This document shows positions 25,001 through 38,928 of a DNA stretch of 64,000 nt, piece by piece. The DNA is from Vairimorpha necatrix (taxonomy: Eukaryota): positions 372,001 through 436,000 of the forward strand of contig CP142732.1 in NCBI GenBank assembly GCA_036630325.1. Direction: 5' to 3'. The notes under the pieces are model-generated. The model did no database searches and was not told where the DNA came from. It worked only from the letters and a program-made list of their open reading frames with translations. A program made the position numbers and the translations under genes. Every line of letters starts with the position of its first letter. Within the stretch, counting starts at the first letter, position 1.

Positions 25001-26956
25001 GATATCATCATTTATTCAGAGAACATCACGGAACATAAAAAGCATGTGGAACTCGTACTAAATATAATTAAAGAGGCCAACATAACACTTAACTTAAAAA
25101 AGTGTAAATTTTATAAGACTGAGCTCAAGATACTAGGAAACGTAATAACTGAAGGAAAAATAAAGCCAGAGCCACAAAAGATATAGACAATAAAAAAAAT
25201 AGTCGATTCCTACTAATTTAAGGAAACTAAGATCTTTTTGGGGATTGATAAATTATTGTAGAGAATTTAAAAAACAATATGTTGAAAAATCGAGACCCTT
25301 TAATTTGTTAAAAGGAGATAGTAAAAAAAGCTGCAAGATGATAGAACACGATGATAATACGATTTAGCATTTGATCCATTAAAGAAAGAATTGACTGAAG
25401 AGACATCAAGAATACAGCCAGACCTTTCCAAAGAATTTATTTTAATACTCGAAGCATCTAATACAGGAATGGGAGCAATATTGGCATAAGTAGACGCAAA
25501 TAGCAGAGAGAGGATGATATCAGCATACAGTAAAAGCTTAGACAAAGATCAGTTGAATTATTCTGTAACTGATAAAGAACTTTTGGCCGGTTTAAAAGGA
25601 ATGGAAAACTATCGGCACTATCTTGTAGGGAAAGAATTTTATATTAAAAACCGACCATCGTGCGCTAGTTTATTTGTGGGAATGCAAGGACCCGACTACA
25701 AGATTACTTAGATGGGCTATGAAACTCCAAGAATATAAGTTTAAAGTCGAATACATAAAAGGTGAAGACAACGCTGACGACGGATATTTGAGAGTTTGTA
25801 GCGTACATAAAGCGAGCGAAGATGATATGAATATTACAGAAATTGAAAAACAGAATATCCTGAGTGAGTATCATTTGACATTAGGACATGGTTCAGCAAA
25901 CAACATGAAAACGATAATAAAAGAAAGATATTGGTGGAAGGGAATTTATAGCGATATTGATAAATATTACAACAAATGTATAACATGCTTAAAAGCGGGT
26001 GGCTAGAAAGTTAAAACTAAAAACAAAGTCATTGAAACGAAGAAACCTAATATACTATGGGAAGTAGACCTAGTAGGAAGATTAAATGACAATTGAAAAA
26101 CCAAATTTATAGTCATATGTGTAGACCACCATACTAAATGGATTGAGACAAAAATAATTAACCAGAAAACCTCCTTTGAAATTATAAAAGCACTTGAAGA
26201 ATTTATGAGTAAGTCAATGAAAAGCCAGATAGAATATTATCAGATTGTGGTCTAGAATTTCCAAATACAAAGGTTTCAGCTTTGGCCCAAAGGGTCGGTA
26301 TTAAATGGGACTTCTCGTCCCCATTCCATCATCAGACCACTGGTTCTTTCGAACGTGTAATCCAAACATTTATGAACAAGTTTAAAAAAGCTTAAAGATT
26401 TTGGAAAAAGACATTGGACAAAGCTGGTGGAGGTTGCAACTTTAGCCGTAAATTTATCTTACAACAGAGCTATTGGGACTTCATTATTCGTATATAAAAA
26501 AGGAAGATTGCCAGAATTGGATATAGACAACCCCCCCCCCCGAATCAACCTAGAGTTTTAATTTCAATGGATAATCGAAAAAAGACAAAGAAGATAATAT
26601 TTGAAAAATATAGGCAACATATCATTAAAAGAAAAAAAAAGAACTAAAACATGTTTGTAAGGAAGGAGATGAGGTGGCCGTATTTCAACCTACTCAAAAT
26701 AAAATGGAATCAAATTGGACATTAGGATTTAAAATATTGAAAAGACTTTCAGACGACGCATACCTAGTTTCAAATAAAAAGTCGGAACTCAGAATCAATA
26801 AAGCCCATTTAAAGGCTGTTATTAGAGGTGAGGGGATGTTGTAGTTACTGACGCTTTAACCGAGCATTTATAATACTTGGAAATTTCTTTATCTTTTTAT
26901 AATATTTTAACCCCACATTATGGAAGAAGGAAGCCAAATAAAACATTTCACTAACA
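22074..26956 (+). mobile_element. Degenerate Ty3/gypsy element with 120-bp LTRs; 5' LTR split by Helitrons
   Basis: 3' LTR 26837-26956 follows PPT GAGGTGAGGGGA. 5' LTR halves at 22074-22128 and 23178-23242. PBS TGGCGAC; near-TSD ATTAT/ATTAC. Gag, protease IIDTGA, RT YLDD, RNase H and integrase fragments. Confidence 0.9.
22129..23177 (+). mobile_element. Two head-to-tail non-autonomous Helitron-like units (~523 bp each)
   Basis: Units start TC(ATATAT) at 22129/22132 and 22655 and end CTAG at 22654 and 23177. Subterminal hairpin CCCGTTTT-C-AAAACGGG. Inserted between A and T with no TSD. Confidence 0.85.
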
Positions 26957-28729
26957 ATTACATTATTCCAATGGCTCCCATTGTTTCGCATCAATTTACA
27001 GATTATGATTACTTATCTACAAACATGCGCTCTTTTATTGTGTCAAACTACTAGCGTCTTTAACCTCTACTTGTACAAAAAAAAAGTTCATGCTACCCTT
27101 ATTTCTTATCTACCTATAAATTCTTCCGTATCAGTTACAAGCTCGGGTTAAAATATTTATATTATATTCTGCAGATAATTTAACAATTAATACCTTTATA
27201 GTATCTTTCTTAGCTTATTTAAAATTCTAAGCATTTTTTACACAATAACAATTTCTATAGTTAATATAATGTTCTTGCTTTATGAAAGTATTAAAATTTT
27301 TCTTCGTAAACAAGGAGTACGAAAAAAATCACGTTTTATATTCGGACATTAGCAGCTTCTGCGAGACAAGTAAACTATCCGATTCCCAATTTTTTTTGTG
27401 TGTCTGTTCTAGTTTTTATCTTTATAGTTTTGTAAACACCTTTCACATCCATGTCAAATAGATGAGAAAACTTTATTACAGGTAAATATCGTTTATTACA
27501 TTTAAAGTAATGCTTTATCTTGTTACTTTATACATTTTTGAAAAAGCACTTGTGTGTGTTCTGTAAATTTTTTTCTGTAATATTTTTAGACTTTTCAATC
27601 ATTATCTATTTTTTTAAGTTGTTTCATTGCTAATCGCTTCACTACTTTTGCTTTTATATATATAATACTTTGTCAAATATATTTATATGACATACATATA
27701 ATCCTAGTTCTCGATGTTTTATGAAAATATTTTTTTTTTCATAGCAAGAACGACTATTTATTTCGTAAAATTTTTACATGGGTTGTCTTGAAATAAATAT
27801 AGAAAGCGGTCCCATTTTTGGAAAAAACTAAATAAACGTATTTTTAATGGTGATTTATGGAAATATTCTTTTCCTCCAATAAATTAAACTATCAGTCTGT
27901 TGTTTAAATATAAACTTTACTTGATGATAATAATATGAACCACTCTCCGCGAGAAAAAATACAAAAACATATTTTTTTGAAATTTGTTATTATTTGATCT
28001 GTCATTACTCTTTAAGTGCTATGTCTAACACTTTTAACAAAATTTCGTAAATCTCTCTTTTAATTTTATAGAATTATCCAACATTTTTAGATTCATAATT
28101 GTAGAAATTCAATACATTAGGCATCACTACGTCAATTAAAAAATTTGAATATTAAGAATATTGCATTGGAAAGGCTTCTATAATCTAAAAATTTTTAGTA
28201 TCTTGCTTAAATGAGAACTTATTTACAGTTTTTTCTATTTATAATTACTGCGGCCGATACATTAATAAATGAATTTTTGTTTATAATTATATATAATTTT
28301 AATTTTATATGACAATATACAATTATATATTGACAGACTGACAGTCGGGCAAAAATAATTAATTTTATGATGATAACGTGATTGATATAACAACGTTTAG
28401 AAATTAAATATAAATACATTTACGAATTTACAAGGACGTAAAGATAGACCAGTACATTTAAAATCCATTTTTCGCCTGCCATAACATATATTATTTGAAT
28501 TTATTAGTAAATTTCGATTGGGGCTCAGTGATTGTGTATAATACATCTTAAATGTCATAAAATCTTGATTTATATTTAAATAGTTACTTCAAATAAGTGA
28601 CAATTTAAACGTAAAATTAGACACAAGAACATGTGGCCAAATCATAGTAAATGATATCCTAGATAAAAAATGATATTGTTTATAAAGTAATTTTAATTTT
28701 TAATATATTTATTTTTTTTAATTATTTTT

Positions 28730-30658
28730 TTAAACTTCTTCTGCTAGTGTCTCAATAGTCTGAATATTGTCATTTGGCGTTTTATAAGTATTCGAATCTT
28801 TTATAAAAAACAATTCCTTAGAAAATAAGAACCCCATTTTTGATCTGTCATTTGTGCAATTATTCACATGTTCATTCTCTACACGAAACAATGCCCATAC
28901 AAATCTCCTTATAATCTCTATCACAGTAAGTAAAAACTCGTTTTCTATATATTTCATTTCCAATAGTATCCAAGCATAACGACTAATTAAATTAAATAAC
29001 GAACCAATTTTATAATAATATAACGGATAAATTTTTTTTGTTCTAAAAATTGTCCAATCTAAAAAGAAATCCCATAGGAGAGAAAAGGAAGAAGATGAAA
29101 AACAGAAAAAAATTTTCCATCTGTGATTGAGTTCATTATTATCCAAATTATACAAAGCATTAAAAATGCCGGCTAAAAATACTAGACAGTATTTAGACAT
29201 ATTTAACAAATGCGGAAATGATGATTTTGTTTCCATGTACCTATTAAAACATTGTAAAATTCTTACAGATGGCCAAATATTGTTTAGAAAGATAACAGAA
29301 AAATATGTTTTGGGAAGACCTAGTTCAAAACAAAGAGTTTTAAGACACGGAGTAAAACTTTGAAATACGTCAGCAAAGAAAAAATTTTTAAAATAGACTT
29401 TTCTGAAACCAGAAAAAAATGTTCCTATAAATACTGAAATGAAATATAATCTAGATTTGTACCATAATATATCAAATGGTAAAATTATAATAGAGATGGG
29501 TAAAAAGATTAGACCATAAATTAAGATATTAGGAATTTTTTCAATAAATAAAAAACAAGCAAGAAAAGTAATATTTAAAGTTATAGAAAGAAACAAAAGA
29601 AAATTCACAGGGGATAAATTTGAAATTACATCAAAATTAAAAATATGATTATAATTTATATTAAATTTTACAAATAATAATTCACATAATCCAAATAAAA
29701 ATCCACCTAACTGGAGAAGTGCAATATTTGACGCTATTATTTTGACTTTTTGATTTTGATTAAGATCAGTTATACAAATTAAAAACAGTAAAATAGTTAA
29801 AGACACCCCTATAAAAAAAGTTATAAATGGATGTGGTTTATCTTTTTTCCCAATTCTTTTAAAAATATTTTGAGCTTGTAAATTGTCATCTAATACAAAA
29901 ACTTTTTTATACACAAATCTAACATCTTTTTGCATTTTCTCAATTTTTTTAGATTTTCCAAAATGGGACTGATGTAGCTTTTTTAAAAAATCGCTACTAA
30001 ATTCATCGCTGCCATTTTTAAACATGTATTTTCTTATTATATTTTTTAAACCCATATAATTTATATCTCTAAAACTCTTTACAGAATTAATAGCTTGGAG
30101 TAATTCATGAAAAGCTTTTTCTTTTTTTCTTTTTTCAAAAGGCGCGTTTATTATGAAACTATCAAAATTTAAAAATTTTTGTTTTTTTCTTTCTTTTTGT
30201 TCTTTTGATTTTGTTTTTTCTATAATATGAATATTTTCATAATCGCTTTCTTCGCCCCCAACACTCAAATCTTCATTTAAATTTACAATGCTGTTCGAAG
30301 TATTTGTTTTTGATTGCAAACTTAATTCCCTTAATTTATTCAATTTGTCTTCTTCTTCTTTAATTTTATCCATTTTTTCTCTAAGTTGTCTATGTTTTAA
30401 TTTATTTTTAAAGTGTTTTTCTTCTAATTTATTGTCCGTTAATGTAACGGAAATAATTTTAAATAAAATTTTTCTTTGTTCATCTGTTTGATTTTCAATG
30501 TCGTTAAAAAAGTCCGTTATTTTTGTAAATTCGCTTTGTAGTAAACTTTTGAATTTATGTTTATCTTTTTTTAGATAATTTAAAAGTTTACTGTATTGTA
30601 AATAAAATTGTTCCCATCCTTGTAACTTATTTGATTTAAGTAACGTTGAGAACTTCAT
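28730..30658 (-). CDS. SPX-EXS domain membrane protein (SYG1/XPR1 family)
   Basis: SPX start MKFS..WEQFYLQYSKL and INYMGLKNIIRKY; EXS motifs FFFADVFQS, LLWDFFLDW, EIIRRFVWALFRVENEH. Confidence 0.9.
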   Translation of the reverse strand: MKFSTLLKSNKLQGWEQFYLQYSKLLNYLKKDKHKFKSLLQSEFTKITDFFNDIENQTDEQRKILFKIISVTLTDNKLEEKHFKNKLKHRQLREKMDKIKEEEDKLNKLRELSLQSKTNTSNSIVNLNEDLSVGGEESDYENIHIIEKTKSKEQKERKKQKFLNFDSFIINAPFEKRKKEKAFHELLQAINSVKSFRDINYMGLKNIIRKYMFKNGSDEFSSDFLKKLHQSHFGKSKKIEKMQKDVRFVYKKVFVLDDNLQAQNIFKRIGKKDKPHPFITFFIGVSLTILLFLICITDLNQNQKVKIIASNIALLQLGGFLFGLCELLFVKFNINYNHIFNFDVISNLSPVNFLLFLSITLNITFLACFLFIEKIPNILIYGLIFLPISIIILPFDILWYKSRLYFISVFIGTFFSGFRKVYFKNFFFADVFQSFTPCLKTLCFELGLPKTYFSVIFLNNIWPSVRILQCFNRYMETKSSFPHLLNMSKYCLVFLAGIFNALYNLDNNELNHRWKIFFCFSSSSFSLLWDFFLDWTIFRTKKIYPLYYYKIGSLFNLISRYAWILLEMKYIENEFLLTVIEIIRRFVWALFRVENEHVNNCTNDRSKMGFLFSKELFFIKDSNTYKTPNDNIQTIETLAEEV

Positions 30659-30982
30659 TTTATTTTTATGGGTGAATTATTTTAGTTTACAGTTATGGGT
30701 GAGTTATTTCATTTGGTCGATAAAAAGATACAAGAGGTTCAAAATGAAATTCAGAGATTGAAAAATAATATTAGTGACATGGTAGAGCAATATAATACTA
30801 TTAATGTATTCAGTGAAGATATTAAGAATATTTTTACAAAAAAATAAATACTCCTTTTTTCTTTATAAAATTTGATTTTTTGAAAGTTAAACGTTTATTG
30901 AGTTTTGACATTTAACGTTAATGGCTTTTATTTTTTAAATCTCAAGCAAATTTCATTTTTTAAAAAAACCATATAATTGTAA

Positions 30983-31765
30983 TTATATAGTATTATGATT
31001 GGAATTGCACGAAATAATTTTATGATCCACTAAGTATTCCATAAGACAAGCTCTTACTTTTATTTTATCTGTTCTTTTAATATTTTTAATAAATTCTCTT
31101 GATTTTATACCTGTAATTGCCAGATAAAGGTAATAAATAGAAAACAAAGACAATATAAACAGAAATAAATAACAAGTAAGTAGGAGAAAAGAGATAAAAT
31201 AGAAGATAAATCTATATAAACTGTTATCAAGTTCGTATGTTAAATTATAAAGATAATTTACGAATAATGAAAAATAAGATATAATAAAAATATTTGTAAA
31301 TAAATAAACATAAAACTCTCTGATATTATTTCTCGCTATACAAGTATCTAACCAGTAACAATGATGATCCATCTCGTGTACACAACAATTACAGTCATAA
31401 CAATGACTTATACCTTTTATTTTATAAATATTACACTCTTCACAATATTTATAAGTTACTTGATCTCCAGATTTCTTAATAATGAGGACCCAATGACTCT
31501 CAATAAAATTTTTGAGCACTTCTATGCCATTTTCATAGCACACTTCTTCTTTAATATTCATATTTTTAATTTTTTTACAAATATATCCAGGATTAACTAA
31601 TAACAAATTTATAAGTGATAAAAAATTTATATAGAGAACAATTAAGAAGACTAAATATTCATAAAAAGAGCTATAAACATGGATAAAATATAAAAATGAA
31701 GATACATACAATAATAAATGGATACACAATATTTTTAACCTCTTTTCTTTTTTATCATAACTCAT
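30983..31765 (-). CDS. DHHC palmitoyltransferase
   Basis: C..C..HC..C..CV..MDHHCYWL..CI..NN cysteine-rich domain, with flanking TM segments. Confidence 0.92.
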   Translation of the reverse strand: MSYDKKEKRLKILCIHLLLYVSSFLYFIHVYSSFYEYLVFLIVLYINFLSLINLLLVNPGYICKKIKNMNIKEEVCYENGIEVLKNFIESHWVLIIKKSGDQVTYKYCEECNIYKIKGISHCYDCNCCVHEMDHHCYWLDTCIARNNIREFYVYLFTNIFIISYFSLFVNYLYNLTYELDNSLYRFIFYFISFLLLTCYLFLFILSLFSIYYLYLAITGIKSREFIKNIKRTDKIKVRACLMEYLVDHKIISCNSNHNTI

Positions 31766-33149
31766 TCTATATTCTTGGTATCAGTATTTTTTATAAAGAG
31801 CAATCGGGGCCAATAAAAACACTCTCCTTTTTAGAAAGCCGTCATATGAAAAATTTAAGGACGAAAAATATTGGTCAAAAAAAATTTAAGGAGAAGGATT
31901 TAAGCAAGAATTTTTGTAGAGATAGAAATTAGATGTCTCAATATGAATATTATCAAGTGACAATATTGTAAGATGAATTATTGTTAGCTTAGGAAACTTT
32001 GGCTATTGAGCACAATAGGGGATGCAAATCTGGGCCTGCCGAGTTAAAATTCTACCATAAAATGAAAAAAAAGGAGAAGCCGAAAAACACAATAATTTAC
32101 AATCATTTATAATTATAAAACGCCAAAATAATAAAAAAAATATAAAGTTTGCGACTTATGTTACATTTTAAAAGCATATTTTTTTTTAGAGGAATTTAAT
32201 TAGAATGTAACAATTTGAAAAAAGGCATATGTTGCAATGTTCTATAATTAATTACAATGCCTTTTATTAATCTTCAATTTTGTAATTCATATGAACTTTG
32301 GTTAATTTTTTATTGAACGTAGCTTGTAATAAGATAGGAAGTCAATATTTGAATTAAATTGATACAAGTTTAAAAAAACAAAAATTTTGTTCTTATGAAA
32401 ACTTGCTATATAATTCGAGAGTATTTAAAATATGATTTACAGTATGTCAACCTAATTTATAGTTTTTACGTCTTTCCAGTGTCGACATATTTTATACTCA
32501 CTAAGATCTAATAAAATGTAAAACTTTCATAATTTAATTTCATTTCTACTATTTTGTAGGTACATAATATTCCTTACTTTGTTTATTATTATTACAAAAT
32601 TAGAGTTATGGATTTTGCTCTTTCGCAACTTTATTTACATATAGTTGTCCTATTAACAATTTAGTTATCGAGTAAGTATGTTTATTTTTATTTCGCAAGT
32701 GTTTTATGAAATGCCTGACTCATAACCCTTAAAATTGCTCGAGGTAAAGTCATCTCATTCAAATTCCCCAGAAAATTAAAATTAATTAAACATATTGACT
32801 TTTATCCTTATATTATGAATACAGAAATAGGCTACAATTTAATATCAAATCCTTTCATTTGATGACGACTTTAAATAAATACACGTTTTAAATATTACTT
32901 TACGTTTGAGTAAATGAGATACTAAAGAATTAATATTAAAAACTCATTTTCGTATATATTTATGTTTATCTTTTATATTCAAAAAAATTAATACGTCAAA
33001 TTCTGATTAAAAATTGTACATTCTACGTTTTTAAATTGATTCTCTTACAAGCTAAGAATGTATAGTTGTCTGCGACAACCTAAACTTAGCATAATCTATT
33101 ATCGAAATTTCTAATCATTGGCTTCAATGCATATTTAGGATGCTCGTAA

Positions 33150-34645
33150 CATTGTGTTGATATATAAAGAACCCGGATTCGTAAACCTATAAACACTAAA
33201 CTTTCTTAAAACTTAATGTATTAAATATTCTAGAACAATAAAATGTGCCTAGAGTTTGGATAGGTTATAGTTTGGAGCTTGTGTTCGTCTAGCATTATGA
33301 TATTTACTTATAGGCAGAAACGCACCTTAAGCTGAACATACTAAGATTGATGCTTTAAAATGTACGTAATATACTATATAGAACATATAAGCAAAATTTA
33401 AGAGCACTCTGGAAACTCTTTAGTCAACTTAAGTTCTAGAGGAATAGAGCAAGGATGCTTCGTGGATACTATTCTACAGGATATCTAAACAAGCTGGCCA
33501 AACCTTGTAGATAGAATCGGTATACAATTCTTTATTTGCGGGGCTGATGTGTGAGATCTAGTTGATTGGAGACCGATGTGACAGTACGACGATGTCTCTC
33601 TTCGGGCCATTCAACCCATTTTCGATAATTTACTCTTTTGTGAGCACAACTAAACTCGACGTTGAAAATATGGCAGTCGATTTTTTGGCTCAGTTTTGTT
33701 TTTTTCTTTGCAAGCAAGAGGTAGAAACCCCTTTTATAAGGAAAGAGAGATTTGGGAGTAATCATAATCTAACTGATACTGAGAGATTATTACTCACCAA
33801 ATCACATCTATATAACTTGCCTGCACAGCAAGCAAAGCCGCATTCATTGAACCTTGGCTTCAAAGTCCACTTTCCATTTATACCTCAAATCAAGTCCAGA
33901 ATGGCCTCACAGCGGATATACTTAACGGGCATGGTTTTCTATAGCCCGAGAAGAGACATCATCGTACTAACTCAAATTCTCACAATAATCTGTATCCCAC
34001 ACACGGCTACTTATGCCGCCACATCACCAGTCCGGTATTTTTAATGTGCTGCGTTGATCACCAGTCTTCCATTAGTTTCGGCCACCGTGTTACAGAATTT
34101 TGTAAAATAGGTTCCACAAGATCTTCTATTGCCCCACTTCGTCTAGTCTCTTATGATCTCTAGGATCCCACTCTGGAGTGCAGCAGCAGGAGCTCCATAT
34201 AGGCTTTACTCATCAGATACTTTTATGTATTTTGAAGTCACCACAAAGAGATGCTGTTTTTTTCAGCCTCGAGATGCGTTTCTACACTAGATGCTAATAT
34301 ATTTGTTGTTAGACACACACAAGGTTCATTGAATTAACTTAATTATTGTCGTGGTCATTATCAACATCTGAGTTGTTCCAACTGCATCATAGAAAGTAAT
34401 AATAATTTTGGTGCCTATAGGATTTGAACCCAGCCATTGCTCAATGAAACATCGCTTTCGACCACTGAGCTATGGAGATTTGGGGCAGTTTTATGGATAC
34501 GGTGGGCTTTCTGTAATGGCAAGTTGCTTGATGAAATTTTATAAATACGAATTTCACAATAACAGTCAAATAAGGATCACACTCCTAAGTTCTTTAGATC
34601 TCAATGTAATGGTTTTGCATTATTCTCGCTTGCAAGAAAGAATAG
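33150..34645 (+). mobile_element. Old diverged SINE copy (host), split by a younger antisense copy
   Basis: Collinear matches to 45322-46115 on both sides of the insertion: AGAAACGCACCT, CGTGGAT, CAGTACGAnGATGTCTCTC before it, and ATGGATACGG, GGCAAGTTG, AGGATCACAC, CTTGCAAGAAA after 34493. The 5' boundary is approximate. Confidence 0.75.
33698..34478 (-). mobile_element. tRNA-headed SINE copy
   Basis: Minus strand: A box TAGCTCAGTGG, B box GGTTCAAATCC, head ending GGCACCA, A-rich tail. Degenerate 14-bp TSD TTTGGCTCAGTTTT/TTTGGGGCAGTTTT. Collinear with 45322-46115. Confidence 0.85.
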
Positions 34646-35912
34646 AAAGAATATTATTTGTGCACAACAATTATTGAATTCGAGAACATTGTCAGGGGAA
34701 TGAATGTCATTCTAAAAAATTAAAATAAAAACAAAAAAAATAGAAACAAAGTGCAATACTGAATCAATTAAATGGATTTTTAACTGATCTACTAAGAAAT
34801 GATTGTATGAATGTGCTTGTAATTTTTTTATTTTGTAGTTGAACTCTAAACTAGATCATGTGCTTAACTAAAAATTTTTTATGAAAATTTGTGTATTATA
34901 ATCTAAAATTTCAAAATTTATACTGTAACGATAAAAAATAAGTTGCCGTAACCTCGAAAAAAAACATAAATTTTTTTTTATAAACATATTTGAAGTAAAT
35001 AGAAGAAATTACTATAATAAATTATAGTAGCGATAGACGAGAGTAAAATTAGCAAATAATATCATCCAGAAAGGTTATGTATGGGGTGTTACGATATAGT
35101 AGAAATCAATAACGAGGATTTGTTAGAATGATGAAAAGAAACATTGACACTTCATATTGAACATACACACTTATGTATATTCTGATTTCTTTATCATTTG
35201 ATGCATAGGAAGCATATATTACTCAAAAATCAAAAAAAAGACCGCAGAAGGACCATGAATGGTTGTGTTTCAAGACTTTGGGTAAATATGTGTATACAAA
35301 CACTATTTAAAGAAAAAAAAGTCAAAAATGATTATAATCATGTATAGAACTCATTTTTCTATATAAATATCTGATTTTATTATTTAGTAAGAGGCGAAGC
35401 AAACAGCCTCAATAATTATTATAAAATTACGTGTCTGATTGTTTTAACTGGTATTTTATATTCATAGACAGTTTGTTGAATTTCCAAAGTAGTCTTTTTT
35501 CTTTCTAAAATCTAGAAATGGGGTATTCCTTAAAAATTTTTACCTTGTATTGTTTTTATAAAGTCTCTGAATTTTGATAAAAATTTGTACGCTATAAACA
35601 ACATTTATTTTACTCTAAAATGATTAGCTTTGACGAATTACACCAATAAAAAATCGGGTACGCTTTGATTTTATTATTTAAAAGTTTGTTAGCAGTTTTT
35701 TTTAAAATTAAAGTTATCTACACCAATGTTTGTTTTAATTTGTCGCTGATAAATTAAAATAGCGAAATATATTGCAATTTGTTTTAAGTCAAATAATTCG
35801 GCTTAATATTTCAATTCCTTAAAAATATATTGATTTTCTAAAACTTTTATTTACAAATTTGAAACAATTTTTTCAAATATATACAAATAGTACGTTTCTC
35901 TAACTATTAAAA

Positions 35913-36320
35913 ATGAACAGAATTACGGAATATAACTCGGAAGCTCAATTTATCAACATACCTGGAAACCATGCCGTGTATAGAAATAGTGCACATTCTC
36001 CAGTCGTATTCATGATTTATTTTATGCTTCACTTTCCGTTTTTTCTTTTTACCATTCTATTGTGGTATTTTTTTGTTTATGCTATAAAAGATGGACTTAC
36101 ACATAGAAGACCTATCCTAAAAAATTTTCCAACTGAAAAATACGTACCTAAGGATAAAACAGAAACGTGTTCTATATGCCTTGATGTCCTAGTTGAAAAT
36201 GATGATATACGAATACTAAACTGTAAACATTTTTACCACTCAACGTGTATAGATTTGTGGCTTTACAAACATTTTTCTTGTCCAGTATGTAGACATAATG
36301 ATTGTTGCAGAAATTTATAG
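35913..36320 (+). CDS. Transmembrane RING-H2 E3 ubiquitin ligase-like protein
   Basis: CSICL..LNCKHFYHSTCIDLWL..CPVCR, preceded by a hydrophobic segment. Confidence 0.88.
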   Translation: MNRITEYNSEAQFINIPGNHAVYRNSAHSPVVFMIYFMLHFPFFLFTILLWYFFVYAIKDGLTHRRPILKNFPTEKYVPKDKTETCSICLDVLVENDDIRILNCKHFYHSTCIDLWLYKHFSCPVCRHNDCCRNL

Positions 36321-36610
36321 CAAAAGTCGTTAATCTAAATTACAATTATATAAATTTTTTTTAAAATACAAACTTATGTTCATGTAGTTCTAAAACATAA
36401 TTTTATTATTGATAAAATACATTTCATATTTTAAAAGTCAGTTGCATGTTTTTTATATTTTTGTTTTTGCGAACTTATGCCATGTAAAATACTCTCCTTT
36501 ATTTTAAGACCTTCACTGCAGTAGAAAAAAATTATACTTTATTTTTTTCAAGTTGCAGTTATGTGTTAATTTATAATTTAGATCATATTATAAACATATA
36601 CATTAAACAT

Positions 36611-36626
36611 GCTTCTGTGGCGCAAT

Positions 36627-36659
<33 letters not shown>

Positions 36660-36683
36660 AGAGTTCGAGTCTCTCCAGGAGCG
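36611..36683 (+). tRNA. tRNA-Asn(GTT)
   Basis: Cloverleaf with anticodon arm TTCGG-CTGTTAA-CCGAA, T-loop GTTCGAGT and a downstream T-run. Confidence 0.95.
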
Positions 36684-38928
36684 TATTTTTAAAGTTTTAT
36701 TCGGTTAGAAGAAATCATGTAGATGTTTTGTTTATGTCGGAATATTCGCCAAAATGATATTTTTCAAACCTGTTTTGATACAAATGAAGTTTATTGTTTT
36801 AAAATTTACTTACAATTTAAATTTTAAAAATTATTAAACTTTAACGTCGATTTAATTTTGTTTATTTTAAAACTGACGACCTTTGCATTGCCAATTACAA
36901 AAAATTTAAGTTATTGATATCACAAATTTATATTGCGTTGCGTATATTAAATATTGACTCAAAAATAATAATTAATTTGTTTATTTTAAGTCTAATTAGA
37001 GACAAAAAAAGGCCAAATAACACAAGCGTACATTATTATATGTTTATTCACTTATTTTAGCATATCTCTAACTGTCTACTCCTTTTTTTTTTGTTTCGAA
37101 TTTTTTACAAATGAAACCTTCGAAATATTCGGTTTCTCATATATCAATTTTAAATAACAAAAATCAGTTTCTGTAAGATATTTGATCGCAAAGATATTAC
37201 AATTCGGAAAGTGTCTTATACTATCAAAACAAAAGCTCTTAGACAATGTACACTTAAATGACATTTGTTAAATTTTCAATATACTCCCATATACTTTTAA
37301 TTTTAGAGTATTTACGTTTTTGATATTATTTATGATATAATTTTTCATATAAATATCTTCAGAATATATATAAAATGTCTGTATAGGCCATAACGGACAT
37401 ATTGTAGACAAAAACACGGAGTTATAATTTTAACTTATAGTTTGAAACATTCTAACGGTTTTATGTAACATGTCGCGTCTTGATTTGTTAAGTGCACTCA
37501 CTATTTTTTTTCTAACGATACGCGTTGCGCATCTAGTTATAAAGATCAAAAGTTTAACGAAGGCTGTATTATTTGCCTACTCCTACAGATTCCAAGTTTA
37601 TTACATCTATAATTAAATCCATTTACATAGATATATATAGTAGAACTACTGTACATAACAAGATTACATGGATTTTTATTTGATCTTATTCAAGTACAAC
37701 ATTTGTCATATATATATGTGCTAATAATTCTAAGTATTTTCATTAAACGATCTTTAAAAAATCATAACGTAATTATAACAAAGAAGTATGTTCTTATTAC
37801 TAGAAGATCCTTTTTAAAAAAAAATGAATTTGTCGTCAATTTGCTACAAAATGCAAGGAACGTATCATATTTAGTATAATAAGTTAGTTATTCTTGTAAA
37901 TATTTCCTGATTATAATACATCAAAAACTATAGCAAGTATCGATACCTTTAGAGATATCAGGTTATCAAAGTCTAAATAAATACACAAAAAACATACTTG
38001 CCGAGGTCATACAGAGCTTTAAAAATCATTATAACATCATTGAAAAACAAAAATTTAAAATCATAGTTTTATTAATAAATCATCGTTTTTGTGTAAATAT
38101 GAAAAAACAAGTTTATTATTAATGATTATCATTATATCATAAATCGTGTTATTGATTAAGAAGTATGTTTTTTAAATTTTTTAAGTCAGATAGTTTCATA
38201 ATTAATGTTTGAATATATGACTTTGTTAAAATAATTGATCGAAATTTACATCTATATTCACTATCAAAATTGATTGCAGTATAAATAGTCATAAATACGA
38301 CGTTTATAAAAATCTTTTTTTGATAATCAGATATCACTGTTATTCGTTGTAAACTAAACCAAAATCAGAAACAATGTTCAGCGGTAAAAATAAGAGTAAT
38401 TAAACACATAGTACTATATTTTCTAGCCAACCATCATTATCATGTGAAAATTTACATGAATCAAAATATGAAAAATTTGTGCACATACTTAGTATCTTTT
38501 CATTACAAAGTTCTTTTCTGATTTTTTGGCATAAAGTTAGTCAGTAAAGTGACGATTATTAAGTATTATTTTTGATTTTGTTTTAGTCATTATTACGCAT
38601 TATTGATAATTTTATTAGAAGATTATTTTCTATCATAATCTATTAAATGCTTTTTGTCGGCCAAAACATGATATATCGTCATTTTTACATATGACTTTGA
38701 TATCAGTAAATTTTTTTTAAAAGTCGTGTATAATATTGAAAATGGCGCATAAATTAATGTTAGGTCAATTTTTTAGGATAAATAAGGCTTTTAGACTATA
38801 TTAAATTTATTTTTTTTTATATTGTCAATTTTTTTGTTGTTTGTTTATAAAAACAATAAAAGTGTCAAATTAATCAAACAATACAATAAATTAATCAAAT
38901 ATTAACAACATTGTTTTTTATTATTATA

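Noticed and set aside
33562-34044. 160-aa ORF sharing FPFIPQI..SQRIYLTGMV with ORF 45748-45954
   Set aside because: Both are antisense readings of SINE copies. The similarity is at DNA level and the frames are not conserved.
34409-34478. Functional tRNA genes at the SINE heads (also 45324-45396)
   Set aside because: The anticodon arms are irregular, no T-run terminator follows, and each continues into a shared body with an A tail and TSD.
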